From an uncultured SAR86 cluster bacterium (GTDB taxonomy: Bacteria; Pseudomonadota; Gammaproteobacteria; Magnimaribacterales; AG-339-G14): a stretch of DNA of 64,000 bases. The position numbers were made by a program, and so were the translations under genes. Within the stretch, counting starts at the first letter, position 1; each line of letters begins with the position of its first letter. The stretch lies in assembly GCA_902604535.1 (NCBI GenBank), contig CACKZK010000003.1, forward strand, positions 11,227 to 75,226, given 5' to 3'. A model generated the notes under the pieces. The model was not told where the DNA came from. It saw only the letters and a list, made by a program, of their open reading frames with translations, and searched no databases. Positions 1 through 8,919 of the stretch are shown here, in pieces.

Positions 1-944
1 GCAGATAAGTTTAAAGGTAGCTTCAAACATTTCATACATTCAAGTATTTCTTCAATTTTTTTTTGAGAAAGTTTGAATATTTCTTTGCTAGCATAAAGGG
101 ATGCAACTATACCCATTGCAACAGCTTCACCATGTCTGACTTTTTCTCCATATTCATCTTGAGTGGCAATTTCGATGGGATGCCCAAAAGTATGGCCATA
201 ATTTAATAAAAGTCTTTTACCACCTTCATAAATATCTTCCTTAACATGATCCAACTTAATTTGTATTGATTTCTTAATAATTTTTTCGTTAGTTTCGGGA
301 TTGCCTTTGTTAATATTTTTAGAATTTTTTCTAAGATAATTAAATAAAGATTTATCAGCTATAAGTGAACATTTTAAAACTTCTGCAATACCAGATATAT
401 AGTCTCTATTTGAAAGAGTTTTTAAGAAATTTAAGTCAATATGATTAAAAATAGGATGATAATAATTTCCAACTGCATTTATTGTGTTTCTATAATTTAC
501 TGCTACCTTGCCGCCAATACTGCTGTCGACCATAGCCATTAAAGTTGTGGGTATATGTATTAAATTCATTCCTCTATACCAAGTGCTTGCAATGAATCCT
601 GCCATATCGCCTACTGTGCCGCCTCCAAGAGCTATAATGGATGAATCTCTGGCAAAATTATTTGTTTCTAAAATTCCATAAACCTTTAAAACTTCGCTGA
701 ATGTTTTATTAACTTTACCGGCGTCTGTTGAAAATATGAATACATTAAAATTTTCTTTTTTAAGATCTTTTTTTAAAAGAGAAATTTCTCGATCTAAAAA
801 AAAAGAATCGGCAATTATTAAAATATCTTTATTTTTTGTTTTTTTTATTATTCTCTTCGGCAGAAATTCAAAATGGTTTTTTCCAATGTAAGCATTATGC
901 TCATTGAAAGGAATATCTATTAAGATTTTTCTAATGTTGCTCAT
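1..944 (-). CDS. 3-dehydroquinate-synthase-family sugar-phosphate cyclase, partial (3' end lies beyond window start)
   Basis: Absent from the ORF track because it has no in-window stop. My translation from the ATG at 944-942 gives MSNIRKILIDIPFNEHNAYIGKNHFEFLPKR... It carries the DHQS-family motifs GGGTVGDMAGFIAS, RGMNLIHIPTTLMAMVDSSIGGKVAVN and NYGHTFGHPIE. The frame was checked as open at several points. Confidence 0.75.
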   Translation of the reverse strand, partial: MSNIRKILIDIPFNEHNAYIGKNHFEFLPKRIIKKTKNKDILIIADSFFLDREISLLKKDLKKENFNVFIFSTDAGKVNKTFSEVLKVYGILETNNFARDSSIIALGGGTVGDMAGFIASTWYRGMNLIHIPTTLMAMVDSSIGGKVAVNYRNTINAVGNYYHPIFNHIDLNFLKTLSNRDYISGIAEVLKCSLIADKSLFNYLRKNSKNINKGNPETNEKIIKKSIQIKLDHVKEDIYEGGKRLLLNYGHTFGHPIEIATQDEYGEKVRHGEAVAMGIVASLYASKEIFKLSQKKIEEILECMKCLKLPLNLS

Positions 945-1623
945 TAATATTCTTATCTAGACCCGCATTTATAATTAACTCTGCAATTTCCCTATCATCC
1001 TTTTTATCTACCTCGAATCCTTCAAAATCTCCAATCTCTTTTATAAAAGGATTTTTGCCAATTCTATTTTTAGTCTTTAAGAATTTTTCTTTCAAAATTA
1101 CATATAAAGTTGAAGCTTCAACTTTAATAGGCTCTAATTTTTCTAGATGAGGAGTAGAATTGAATTTGATATCAAAATTTACAGGTTTATTTTTATACCA
1201 AGCTAATCTCCTGTAGTTATTTGCGATAAAAGATGAATCATATGATTTTTTTTTAACCTTAAGAATACACTCCTCAATTGTGCTTGATTTTAGAAAAGGT
1301 TTTCTTGGATGAAGTAAAACTAAAATATCCGTTTCAACTAATTTAAAAAAAGATTCAATTATTTCTTCAATAGATGTAGTAGGAGAATCTAAAGATTTAT
1401 CCCTTTTTAGAAAAGTATATTTTTGAGATTTTGATAGAGATTTTTTTATGCTTTCATCTGACGAATAAACATAAATATCTTCAATAGATTTTGTCTTATT
1501 AAGCGCTTCAATTGATCTTTCAATAAGCGAAGATCCACCCAATAAAATTTTTGCTCTTTGAGAGACAGAATTTTTTTCAGATTTATAGTTTGGAGCAAAT
1601 GGAATTAGGGCATTTATCTTCAT
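931..1623 (-). CDS. divergent NeuA/KdsB-like (CTP_transf_3-type) cytidylyltransferase-family protein
   Basis: 230 aa. The segments MKINALIPF..., LLGGSSLIERSIEAL and VLLHPRKPFL resemble the CMP-ulosonic-acid synthetase fold, but the canonical ARGGSKG loop is not conserved. The stop overlaps the start of the downstream cyclase gene by 14 nt. Confidence 0.5.
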   Translation of the reverse strand: MKINALIPFAPNYKSEKNSVSQRAKILLGGSSLIERSIEALNKTKSIEDIYVYSSDESIKKSLSKSQKYTFLKRDKSLDSPTTSIEEIIESFFKLVETDILVLLHPRKPFLKSSTIEECILKVKKKSYDSSFIANNYRRLAWYKNKPVNFDIKFNSTPHLEKLEPIKVEASTLYVILKEKFLKTKNRIGKNPFIKEIGDFEGFEVDKKDDREIAELIINAGLDKNINEQH

Positions 1624-1661
1624 TAATAGGTTATTTTTTTGGGCTATTATATGTGTTTAAA

Positions 1662-3359
1662 TTATTTAAATTCAAAAAAAAATTTCTTGACATCCATTGA
1701 GGAAAATTCTTTGAAAAAATAATATTTTTTCTTTGGAATTCCTATTTTAATTTTTTTTTGAAAAATTAAAAAGTCCTCTTTTGAATAAAAAGTACACCAA
1801 ATATCATTTTCTTTTGCTTCTCGGAGAGGGCTTTTTGTGAATCCATTACAATTGGCCAGTATTGCTACAGGGATTCCTACAGCTACCGCTTCCACACATA
1901 AAGAAGAAGCAGAAGATATTACCATTGAAGACCTACTCAAAATTTTATCTGAAGATTCAGATGAAAAAAAAAGTCTTTTATCGTTAGCTTCTGGTAAAAA
2001 TTTAAAAAACTCATTTTTTGTAAATTTAGGATGGTGCTTAAAAACGATAGAATAATCTTTTAAGAAATTTTCTTTTCCCTGTTTTGTAAAATCTATTAAC
2101 TGTTTGCATTGCCTTATGTCTATGGATAAAGGAACAAAGATTACTTTTTCATGAGATTTTTTCTGGCTTATCTTATTTATATATTCAAATCTAAGTCCCG
2201 GTGCTAGTTTCAAATTTAAGTCTTTGAAATGCTTAGATCGATCTTCTAATGCATCTTGAGAGATCACATGAATTTCATCTGGGATAGTTTTTCTTTTAAT
2301 TTCTATCCTTGTTGGATTTTTATGTAAATCAAATTTAGGAAAAAAGTAGCTTTGGTAACCTTTTATCTTTATCCCAGGATAATATTTCTTAAAACCCATT
2401 ACTAAAGCTCTATCTATTGTTTGATTTTCAAACCAATTAACTACGCCTTTTATATTGACTTTATTATTTGCTAATTTTTTTATTAAAATAAATTTGAAGA
2501 AAGATTTTTGATAGCTTGGTGCAAAAATATCTTTGTAAGATTCTTTTTTGATCAAAGTTGAAACATCTAAGTCTTTATATTTTGGTATTTTTTTAATCTT
2601 TCTAAATGAATTAAGAGAGCTATGCATGGCATGAAAGAAGTCTGCAAAAGATATAAAAGATTCTTCAAATAAAAAATTAAAATTTATTCTTTTAGAATAT
2701 TTAAAAATTGTATAAAAATCTAATGGACTCTTGAGATCTACGAGCGTAGGAAAAAAAAATATTTTCTTAATTTCGGAAGTTGAAACATGCTTCTCTATTC
2801 CGGAATAATATCTATCTATAAATATACCTTTTTTATTTAAACTATCTTTCACCATAAAAGTATCTACATACACTATTTCCTCTGAAGGAATCTTTTTAAT
2901 TCCTATTATTCTCGAGAAAATTAGGCCGTTTAAGAAAAGGTAGAGAGAAATAAAGATATTTTTGAATATTCTAAAAAAATAATAATTTTTTCTTTTACAA
3001 GTTATTTTAATATTTTGGACTGATTTTGATTCTAAAAAGTTTTGAATTATTTTTTTTAATTCTAAATTTGATGTGATGATTTCATTTGGTAACGAATTTT
3101 CGTTATACAAATGTTTAAACAATGTTAGTCTAGATAAATATTCAAAAATTTTATTAGCTGAAGTATCTCTAGAAGATATGGAAAGAAATAAGTCTGTTTC
3201 AATTAAATCATTTATTTCTATAAATTCCTCATTGAAGTTATTAAAATCATCAATACAAGTTTCAATTAAATTGTCTAGAAGCTTAGAATGCTCTAATGAT
3301 AATTGCCCATCAAGCCTAAGATCTAAATTTTTATTTGAACTATCCATGCAGCATGTCAA
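1662..3359 (-). CDS. uncharacterised 565-aa protein with GT-B-like C-terminal half (putative glycan/ulosonic-acid transferase)
   Basis: Long ORF with island-typical codon usage. The C-terminus (IVFKHHP...MVISSASSLCVEAVAVGIPVAILAN) resembles the nucleotide-sugar-binding half of GT-B / capsule-synthesis (KpsC/KpsS-like) enzymes. The true start is probably the internal MDSSNKN at 3347. Confidence 0.55.
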   Translation of the reverse strand: MTCCMDSSNKNLDLRLDGQLSLEHSKLLDNLIETCIDDFNNFNEEFIEINDLIETDLFLSISSRDTSANKIFEYLSRLTLFKHLYNENSLPNEIITSNLELKKIIQNFLESKSVQNIKITCKRKNYYFFRIFKNIFISLYLFLNGLIFSRIIGIKKIPSEEIVYVDTFMVKDSLNKKGIFIDRYYSGIEKHVSTSEIKKIFFFPTLVDLKSPLDFYTIFKYSKRINFNFLFEESFISFADFFHAMHSSLNSFRKIKKIPKYKDLDVSTLIKKESYKDIFAPSYQKSFFKFILIKKLANNKVNIKGVVNWFENQTIDRALVMGFKKYYPGIKIKGYQSYFFPKFDLHKNPTRIEIKRKTIPDEIHVISQDALEDRSKHFKDLNLKLAPGLRFEYINKISQKKSHEKVIFVPLSIDIRQCKQLIDFTKQGKENFLKDYSIVFKHHPKFTKNEFFKFLPEANDKRLFFSSESSDKILSRSSMVISSASSLCVEAVAVGIPVAILANCNGFTKSPLREAKENDIWCTFYSKEDFLIFQKKIKIGIPKKKYYFFKEFSSMDVKKFFFEFK

Positions 3360-4152
3360 ATCCAGATTGGTAACTCTTTCTTACAATAGGTCTACAAAAT
3401 ATGATGTTTGAACTTACCTCAGCAAATACAGCATCTTGTGAATTGAAAGAAAAAATATGAGTCTGAAATTTTTTTAATTTTTTTATTTTGTTTTCAATAA
3501 GTTTCCATTCTTTATTAAAAATTTTTACTTCTACATCAACATTTTTAAATGTGGGATTATTTAAAATTAAAGAAAATTCAGATACATCTTCAAGTGATAG
3601 TTGTGGTATGTATTTATTTTTAAGAAAAGAGGTAGATACAAGGGAATGTATTTTACCCTTTTCTGTTTTATGGCATGCAATTCCATTCGCATGCATAAAA
3701 TTCCATATTCCATTTTCTGCTTTATAAGCCACATAACCTCTTTCTGCTCCGTAAGCTTTCTGACTAATCAGTTCTTCGTAATTACTCAGATAATGGAATA
3801 TAAAAAAAGATCCTTGTTTATTTTTAAGACCAAGTTCTTCAAAGTCTATTTCTAGAGTTTTTCTTTTCTCAATATCATATCTTCTATTGAGGATCTGATT
3901 TCCCTTTAAATCAAATACAACTAATTCAATATTTTCTTTGATGTCTTTATCAAAAAAAACCTGTGAACTAAAATTAGTGACAACAAATTTAGTATTTTTT
4001 TTGTTTTCGCAATCAAAGAAAAAAAAATCACTAACAAAACCATCATTTGATCTCGGCGGGAGAAATGTTACGGGTCTGATTTTGAAGAAATTTCTAAGCA
4101 ATAATATAAATCTCAAAGATTTTAAAATTTTTAGTATTTTTTCGTAATTCAT
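3340..4152 (-). CDS. hypothetical protein, tandem paralogue B (270 aa), no recognisable family
   Basis: ORF of exactly the same length as its upstream neighbour. It shares the block F-x-L-I/V-x-N-x(5-7)-V/F-x-VKIFN and a C-terminal F-x-x-L-x-H. Its start overlaps the upstream stop by 4 nt (4149-4152). Confidence 0.65.
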   Translation of the reverse strand: MNYEKILKILKSLRFILLLRNFFKIRPVTFLPPRSNDGFVSDFFFFDCENKKNTKFVVTNFSSQVFFDKDIKENIELVVFDLKGNQILNRRYDIEKRKTLEIDFEELGLKNKQGSFFIFHYLSNYEELISQKAYGAERGYVAYKAENGIWNFMHANGIACHKTEKGKIHSLVSTSFLKNKYIPQLSLEDVSEFSLILNNPTFKNVDVEVKIFNKEWKLIENKIKKLKKFQTHIFSFNSQDAVFAEVSSNIIFCRPIVRKSYQSGFDMLHG

Positions 4153-4961
4153 ATTTTAAACCAATGAGCTTTTTTCTTTTTTTGAAAATAGAATCTATTA
4201 CCCATGTAAATATGTTCAATAGGAGGGTGAGTATGCTCAAGGGATAAAAATTCTGAATTTTTATCTTTTGAAAAGTACAACGGAATACCTCCATATTCAT
4301 CAGATGTAAAAATTATCATCTTCTCCTTCCTATCTAAGATTTTATTCAAATTAAATAGGTTTATGCTGTTGGTAAAACAATCTACTTCGCCAATTATTTC
4401 TTCTTTCAAATTAAAGATTTTAACTTTGAATTTAATTTTTTTAGGATTCCTTTGAATGTTCACTAGATAAAAAAAGTTTTCTACATCCTTATCCATCTGA
4501 AACATAGGAGAACAACTTACTAATGAAAGTTTAAGGTCTAAAAAAGAATTTGGAATTTCTCCTTGATATGAGGTCGACATTGAATTGCCTATTATTTTTA
4601 TGTTGGATCTCCAAGGAGGGTAAGCTTCGAATGAAGAAATTTTATCTATTTCTACATCTCCTAAAGAAATTTTATTTTCATCAGATAGGCAAATAAAAAC
4701 AGACTCATCTATAAAGTCTGAATTTAGATCTTTCTTTTTTATAGTATTTTGGGAATTTCGCTTGATAATGCCTAGATTATCTGAAATCCATTGATTTCCA
4801 TCTGAGTAAAAAGCATGAATGAATAAATCTTTTGAAGCATGATTGGTTAATAAATTAGTAGAAGGGAAGCTAAATAAATCTACAGAAGAGTTTAGAGATT
4901 TATCTGAATGATCTAAGAAAAAATAGAAAGGAGACAAGTTGTACCGAGGACTGTTAATCAA
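4149..4961 (-). CDS. hypothetical protein, tandem paralogue A (270 aa), no recognisable family
   Basis: FFYLVNIQRNPKKIKFKVKIFNLKEE here aligns with FSLILNNPTFKNVDVEVKIFNKEW in the neighbour. The C-terminus is histidine-rich (LEHTHPPIEH). It overlaps the upstream methyltransferase gene by 8 nt. Confidence 0.65.
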   Translation of the reverse strand: MINSPRYNLSPFYFFLDHSDKSLNSSVDLFSFPSTNLLTNHASKDLFIHAFYSDGNQWISDNLGIIKRNSQNTIKKKDLNSDFIDESVFICLSDENKISLGDVEIDKISSFEAYPPWRSNIKIIGNSMSTSYQGEIPNSFLDLKLSLVSCSPMFQMDKDVENFFYLVNIQRNPKKIKFKVKIFNLKEEIIGEVDCFTNSINLFNLNKILDRKEKMIIFTSDEYGGIPLYFSKDKNSEFLSLEHTHPPIEHIYMGNRFYFQKKKKAHWFKI

Positions 4962-5778
4962 AATTATTGTACATCTTCAAAAAAGTATCGTCTTTTATTA
5001 AGACGACTCCGTAAAACCCCTCAAAATCAAATTTTTTCCAAAGAAACTTAAAAATGAAAGAAAAAAAGTTTCTTGGATATTGAAAATAAATTTTTGATTT
5101 TTCTATTCTCCATCCTGAAAATTTAAAAATTTTATTCCAATCTTCAGGAGAAAGCTCAAATATGTGTGTTACCTCGGGATTAAATGGCACATCTAAAGAC
5201 GGATTTTCTACCTTATCCAACCTTACGCTGCTTCTTGACAAGTATGGGACAGTAACAACAAATTTTTTTACATCAACAGACTCACTTAGTGACTTTAAAA
5301 ATCCTATAGGATCAGATAAATGCTCTAAGACCTCATAACATGTCATTAAATCAATTGTTTCATTTAGATGGCCTTCGCTTTTTAAATTTTCTACTTTCGA
5401 ATGTATGCTTGGTAGACCTTTTTTTTCAAGTTTATCTATGGCATTTTTATCAGAATTTACTGAATAAGTAGAAAGTCCATTTGTGAGATTTTTTAAGTAA
5501 ATAATGTGATTTCCACTTGAGTCGCCCATATCTACCAAGATGCTATTTTCATTATTCTTTATCTCATCAAGAACCAGTTGAGTTTGGAAGGCATGTTGAG
5601 AATAAACTTTAGCGGTTAAATATCCTCCCGAAATATCTATAAAAGAATATTGATCAGAAATATCCGGAATAATTTCTTTCAGTTTTTTATATAAATCTGC
5701 ATAACCTTGCTTTTCTCTAGCAAGATAAAGAGATATTGTTAGGATTTTATATAAAATGTTTTTGGCCAATTCCTTCAT
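4954..5778 (-). CDS. class I SAM-dependent methyltransferase
   Basis: 274 aa. SAM-binding-like ILVDMGDSSGNH and the typical post-motif YEVLEHLSDPIGFLKSL of Methyltransf_11/23-type enzymes. Confidence 0.65.
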   Translation of the reverse strand: MKELAKNILYKILTISLYLAREKQGYADLYKKLKEIIPDISDQYSFIDISGGYLTAKVYSQHAFQTQLVLDEIKNNENSILVDMGDSSGNHIIYLKNLTNGLSTYSVNSDKNAIDKLEKKGLPSIHSKVENLKSEGHLNETIDLMTCYEVLEHLSDPIGFLKSLSESVDVKKFVVTVPYLSRSSVRLDKVENPSLDVPFNPEVTHIFELSPEDWNKIFKFSGWRIEKSKIYFQYPRNFFSFIFKFLWKKFDFEGFYGVVLIKDDTFLKMYNNFD

Positions 5779-5873
5779 TTTAAAATTTCGTTTTCTTTTA
5801 TTTAATGCGTAGTCTTGACAAGAGGTATAAATTCTAAATGATTTTACACTCCTTTGATCTTTTGAATACTGTT

Positions 5874-7703
5874 TTAACTAGAAATTATCGAAAGGGATGC
5901 CTTTCCAGCCTCTTTTGAGAGCGTAGAGTATTTTTTACAAAATAAATCTTTTGCATCTTGAACTTCCTTACTATTCCACCAATTATCTATGGAATTAATA
6001 TTTTCTTTCAAAAAAATTTCCAAATCATCTATGTTGGAATGAAAAATATTTAAATCTTTTAATTTTTCAAAATCCTTTTTAGATTCTTCTCTGAAGGGAT
6101 TAATTTCAGTATTCCAAAAACATATGGTTGGTACATTAGCTAGAAATGATTGTAAAAAAGTTGTTGAATTTTGAGTGACTAATATTAATTTGGAGTTTTC
6201 TATTGAATTAGAAATATTCTTAAAATTATCAAAATTTATATTTTTTTCCTCAGTTAAAGTATTTTTCAAATCTAATCCATGACGATTTTGAGATGGATGA
6301 ACTCTAAATACAATCTCATGATTATTTATACTAAATCTTGAAATTTTTTTTAAGGAATTAACGTAATCAATATTCCATTTATCTGAATCCCAAGGATCTC
6401 CTTTTGAATATCTTTTTACTCTAGTAGTAACAACAAGTATTCTATTATTTTCTTCACTTTTTTCTTGATGCTTTATGAATTTTTTCAAATGAAAAAAGGC
6501 AAAGAAAGGCAAGATCTTACTGCTTTTACTATTCCATCCCCAAGTCAAGAAATAATCGTAAATTTTCGTCTCTAAAGATTCTTGATGAGTTAAATATTTG
6601 GTCGTCCCATAAGTTCCTCCGTGCTGCCAGATGACTATTTTCAAGTGCTCATTTTTAACTTTTTGTATTAACAACCAACTTTTAAAAAGATCATTATTCC
6701 ATTGGTCGGTAGAAGAATAGACAATATCGAATTTTCTTTTTGGTGTTTTTGAAACTAAATAATCTCGCACAAAAGTAAAATCCTCCAAATAGGTCCTTGG
6801 AATAGAAGCACATAAGAAAGCTTCTAATATTTGACTCATTAAAAAAGTTTCATCCACCGTTTCACTATCATATTTTCCAAGACTTTTTATTTTGATGACA
6901 TTTCTTAATCTGAAACCGTAGCTAATTTTTTTTATTGATCTTTTATTGGATTGTTTTAAGTCTAAAATATATGGAAACTCTTTTCGATTAATGAAAAGAA
7001 ACAAAGAAAATTTTAAATAATCTGGTATTCCGGAAATAAGAACTCTTTTGCATTTTTTTGAAAAAAGAGAATTCAAATTAAGAAAAAAGTGGAAAATATT
7101 TAAAATTTTAATTGAAGCATTCCTTAAATTAATTTTTTTTGAGGAAGATCTAATCGGTAAACTTGCTGAAGACGAGCTACTTTCTCTTGGTTTGCTTTTG
7201 TACGAAGGTAGCACTGACACATTAATTGAAAAAAATTCAGCTATGAAGGAGTAAATTAGAGAGTTACATTCATCATCATAAAATAGTTCATGAAAGTCAT
7301 TGAAATCCTTCGGAATAGATTTTTCAAAACTTTTTTTATACGTCACTATTTCAATATCATCTTTCAAGATATATATTTTCTTAACAGTCTCCCACCGGTC
7401 AAAAAAACTAAATATAGATATCCTTAACCAAGGGCCTACAAGGATTTCCCATGTTTCTGGAGGAAAAGATTTATGATGGAACTTATTCAATTTAAGAGAA
7501 ATTTTGTAAAGCAGTTCTTCATAGATTGTTTCTAATTTTTTTCTTGCTTTCCCTGAAAAAAAATCTTCTTTTGATAAATTTAAAAAATCAGAAGATCTTC
7601 CTTTAGGGCTTCCCTCATTAAAATTCCACTTATGAAATTCGTAGATCTTGTCATATTTGTTCAAATTAAATGAATCCATATCGGAAAAGATAATTGCTTT
7701 CAT
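5874..7703 (-). CDS. uncharacterised 609-aa protein with GT-B-like C-terminal half (putative transferase; possibly LIC12162-like)
   Basis: Long ORF with the motifs VIWQHGGTYGT and IVFRVHP...LILVTQNSTTFLQSFLANVPTICFWN. The C-terminal half aligns by eye with that of the 1662-3359 product. Confidence 0.5.
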   Translation of the reverse strand: MKAIIFSDMDSFNLNKYDKIYEFHKWNFNEGSPKGRSSDFLNLSKEDFFSGKARKKLETIYEELLYKISLKLNKFHHKSFPPETWEILVGPWLRISIFSFFDRWETVKKIYILKDDIEIVTYKKSFEKSIPKDFNDFHELFYDDECNSLIYSFIAEFFSINVSVLPSYKSKPRESSSSSASLPIRSSSKKINLRNASIKILNIFHFFLNLNSLFSKKCKRVLISGIPDYLKFSLFLFINRKEFPYILDLKQSNKRSIKKISYGFRLRNVIKIKSLGKYDSETVDETFLMSQILEAFLCASIPRTYLEDFTFVRDYLVSKTPKRKFDIVYSSTDQWNNDLFKSWLLIQKVKNEHLKIVIWQHGGTYGTTKYLTHQESLETKIYDYFLTWGWNSKSSKILPFFAFFHLKKFIKHQEKSEENNRILVVTTRVKRYSKGDPWDSDKWNIDYVNSLKKISRFSINNHEIVFRVHPSQNRHGLDLKNTLTEEKNINFDNFKNISNSIENSKLILVTQNSTTFLQSFLANVPTICFWNTEINPFREESKKDFEKLKDLNIFHSNIDDLEIFLKENINSIDNWWNSKEVQDAKDLFCKKYSTLSKEAGKASLSIISS

Positions 7704-7810
7704 TAGTTTAAAAATTCTTAAAAATTAGTCTGTTTAAAAAATAAGGAATTAAAATAAATTTTAATAAAAATGTTAAGAAATTTTTTCATTTTAAAAAATC
7801 CACACCATGC

Positions 7811-8836
7811 TTAAGTTAATTTCAAATGAAAAAACTTTTTTAGTGATGCAACTATCGTTGAACTGTATAGCAAATACAAAATAAAGTTAATTAAAGGTCT
7901 CGCAAAAATCGTATTTGAATACTCCCATTCCCCGACAAGGTTATGTAACTCTCCCCCGCTACCTTTTTTGAAGTTTGTGTCTCCAAAGTTCGTTTTGGAT
8001 AATGGCAATATGAACAACTCAACGCCCTTTCTAGCACATTCTTTGGTAAGTTCATCAAGTAACCCAAATCCAACACTCAGTTTTCTGCCTTCTTCTGTTG
8101 TTGCAGCATAGAATTCCCATGCCCGATTGCCCCTAATTAAAGCACTTCTGAACCCCAAGATTCTTTTTTGTCTATCTAAGCAGTAGACTATAAGAATATC
8201 TTCATCAAAAAATTCAATTATATTAGAAATATTTATTGGATCGTCTCTAAGATAGACATTTTTGTATTTCTGCATATCAGCAGAGGCCTTCTTTATTTGA
8301 TTTATAGTAATTTTTCTATCTACATGAATCTTTACTTCATTTTTTTTGAATTTCTTAATATTTTTTTTCCAATTTTTAGAGTTTAATCCAACAAAATTTT
8401 TTTCTTTAGAGTTAAGTTTTATATAAAGGGTTTTTGCTGAATTTAGATTGTAAATAGGTCTATGCCAATTATCAGAAATAAAGTTTCTTTGGACTTCATC
8501 TGAATTTTCATAATTGCTATCAAGCCTTAGATAAAAAGGAAAGTTTTCAGAAAGTTGTTCTCGTATACCCCTGATTTCCTCAAAGCCTCCTTGAGTTCCT
8601 GATGCTCCTCCTGGTAAATAATAAAAACTAAAGCCAAAAAATTTTTTTTGCAATATTTGCAGTGAAGATAAGGTTTTATTATTTTCAACACATATGAATC
8701 GTTTTACTGTCCATCCTTTGTTTTCTTGTAGAAGCCCCCAATTGTATAGCTGCCTATAATTTCCCTTGTTTTTAATAACAAAATGATCCCATTCTTCATC
8801 GTTTCCCTTGAACCTTTCCCAAACCTTCATAGTCAT
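7811..8836 (-). CDS. FemAB-family (Acetyltransf_6/GNAT-fold) acyl- or aminoacyl-transferase
   Basis: 341 aa. N-terminal W-x-x-F...W..F......QLYNWG...GW pattern and C-terminal ...WEFYAATTEEGRKLSVGFGLLDEL..., typical of FemAB-like proteins found in exopolysaccharide loci. Confidence 0.55.
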   Translation of the reverse strand: MTMKVWERFKGNDEEWDHFVIKNKGNYRQLYNWGLLQENKGWTVKRFICVENNKTLSSLQILQKKFFGFSFYYLPGGASGTQGGFEEIRGIREQLSENFPFYLRLDSNYENSDEVQRNFISDNWHRPIYNLNSAKTLYIKLNSKEKNFVGLNSKNWKKNIKKFKKNEVKIHVDRKITINQIKKASADMQKYKNVYLRDDPINISNIIEFFDEDILIVYCLDRQKRILGFRSALIRGNRAWEFYAATTEEGRKLSVGFGLLDELTKECARKGVELFILPLSKTNFGDTNFKKGSGGELHNLVGEWEYSNTIFARPLINFILYLLYSSTIVASLKKFFHLKLT

Positions 8837-8919
8837 GAATTGTAATATTTTTTCTTTAGCCTATGAAAATATAGTATAAAGATGACCTAAAGATAGTGAT
8901 CTGAAAAAGAGACAATACT

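Noticed and set aside
1837-2055. Short antisense or alternate-frame ORFs nested inside long genes. Examples: 1837-2055, 3073-3411, 3488-3855, 7048-7254, 10069-10296, 22135-22584, 36040-36510, 37123-37752, 41342-41913, 42302-42514, 45669-45962, 47045-47299, 55042-55566, 56609-57112, 61986-62396.
   Set aside because: All lie fully within strongly supported, motif-bearing CDS. Their low-complexity, Ser/Leu/Phe/Ile-rich translations are typical of shadow ORFs in AT-rich DNA, and they have no motifs.
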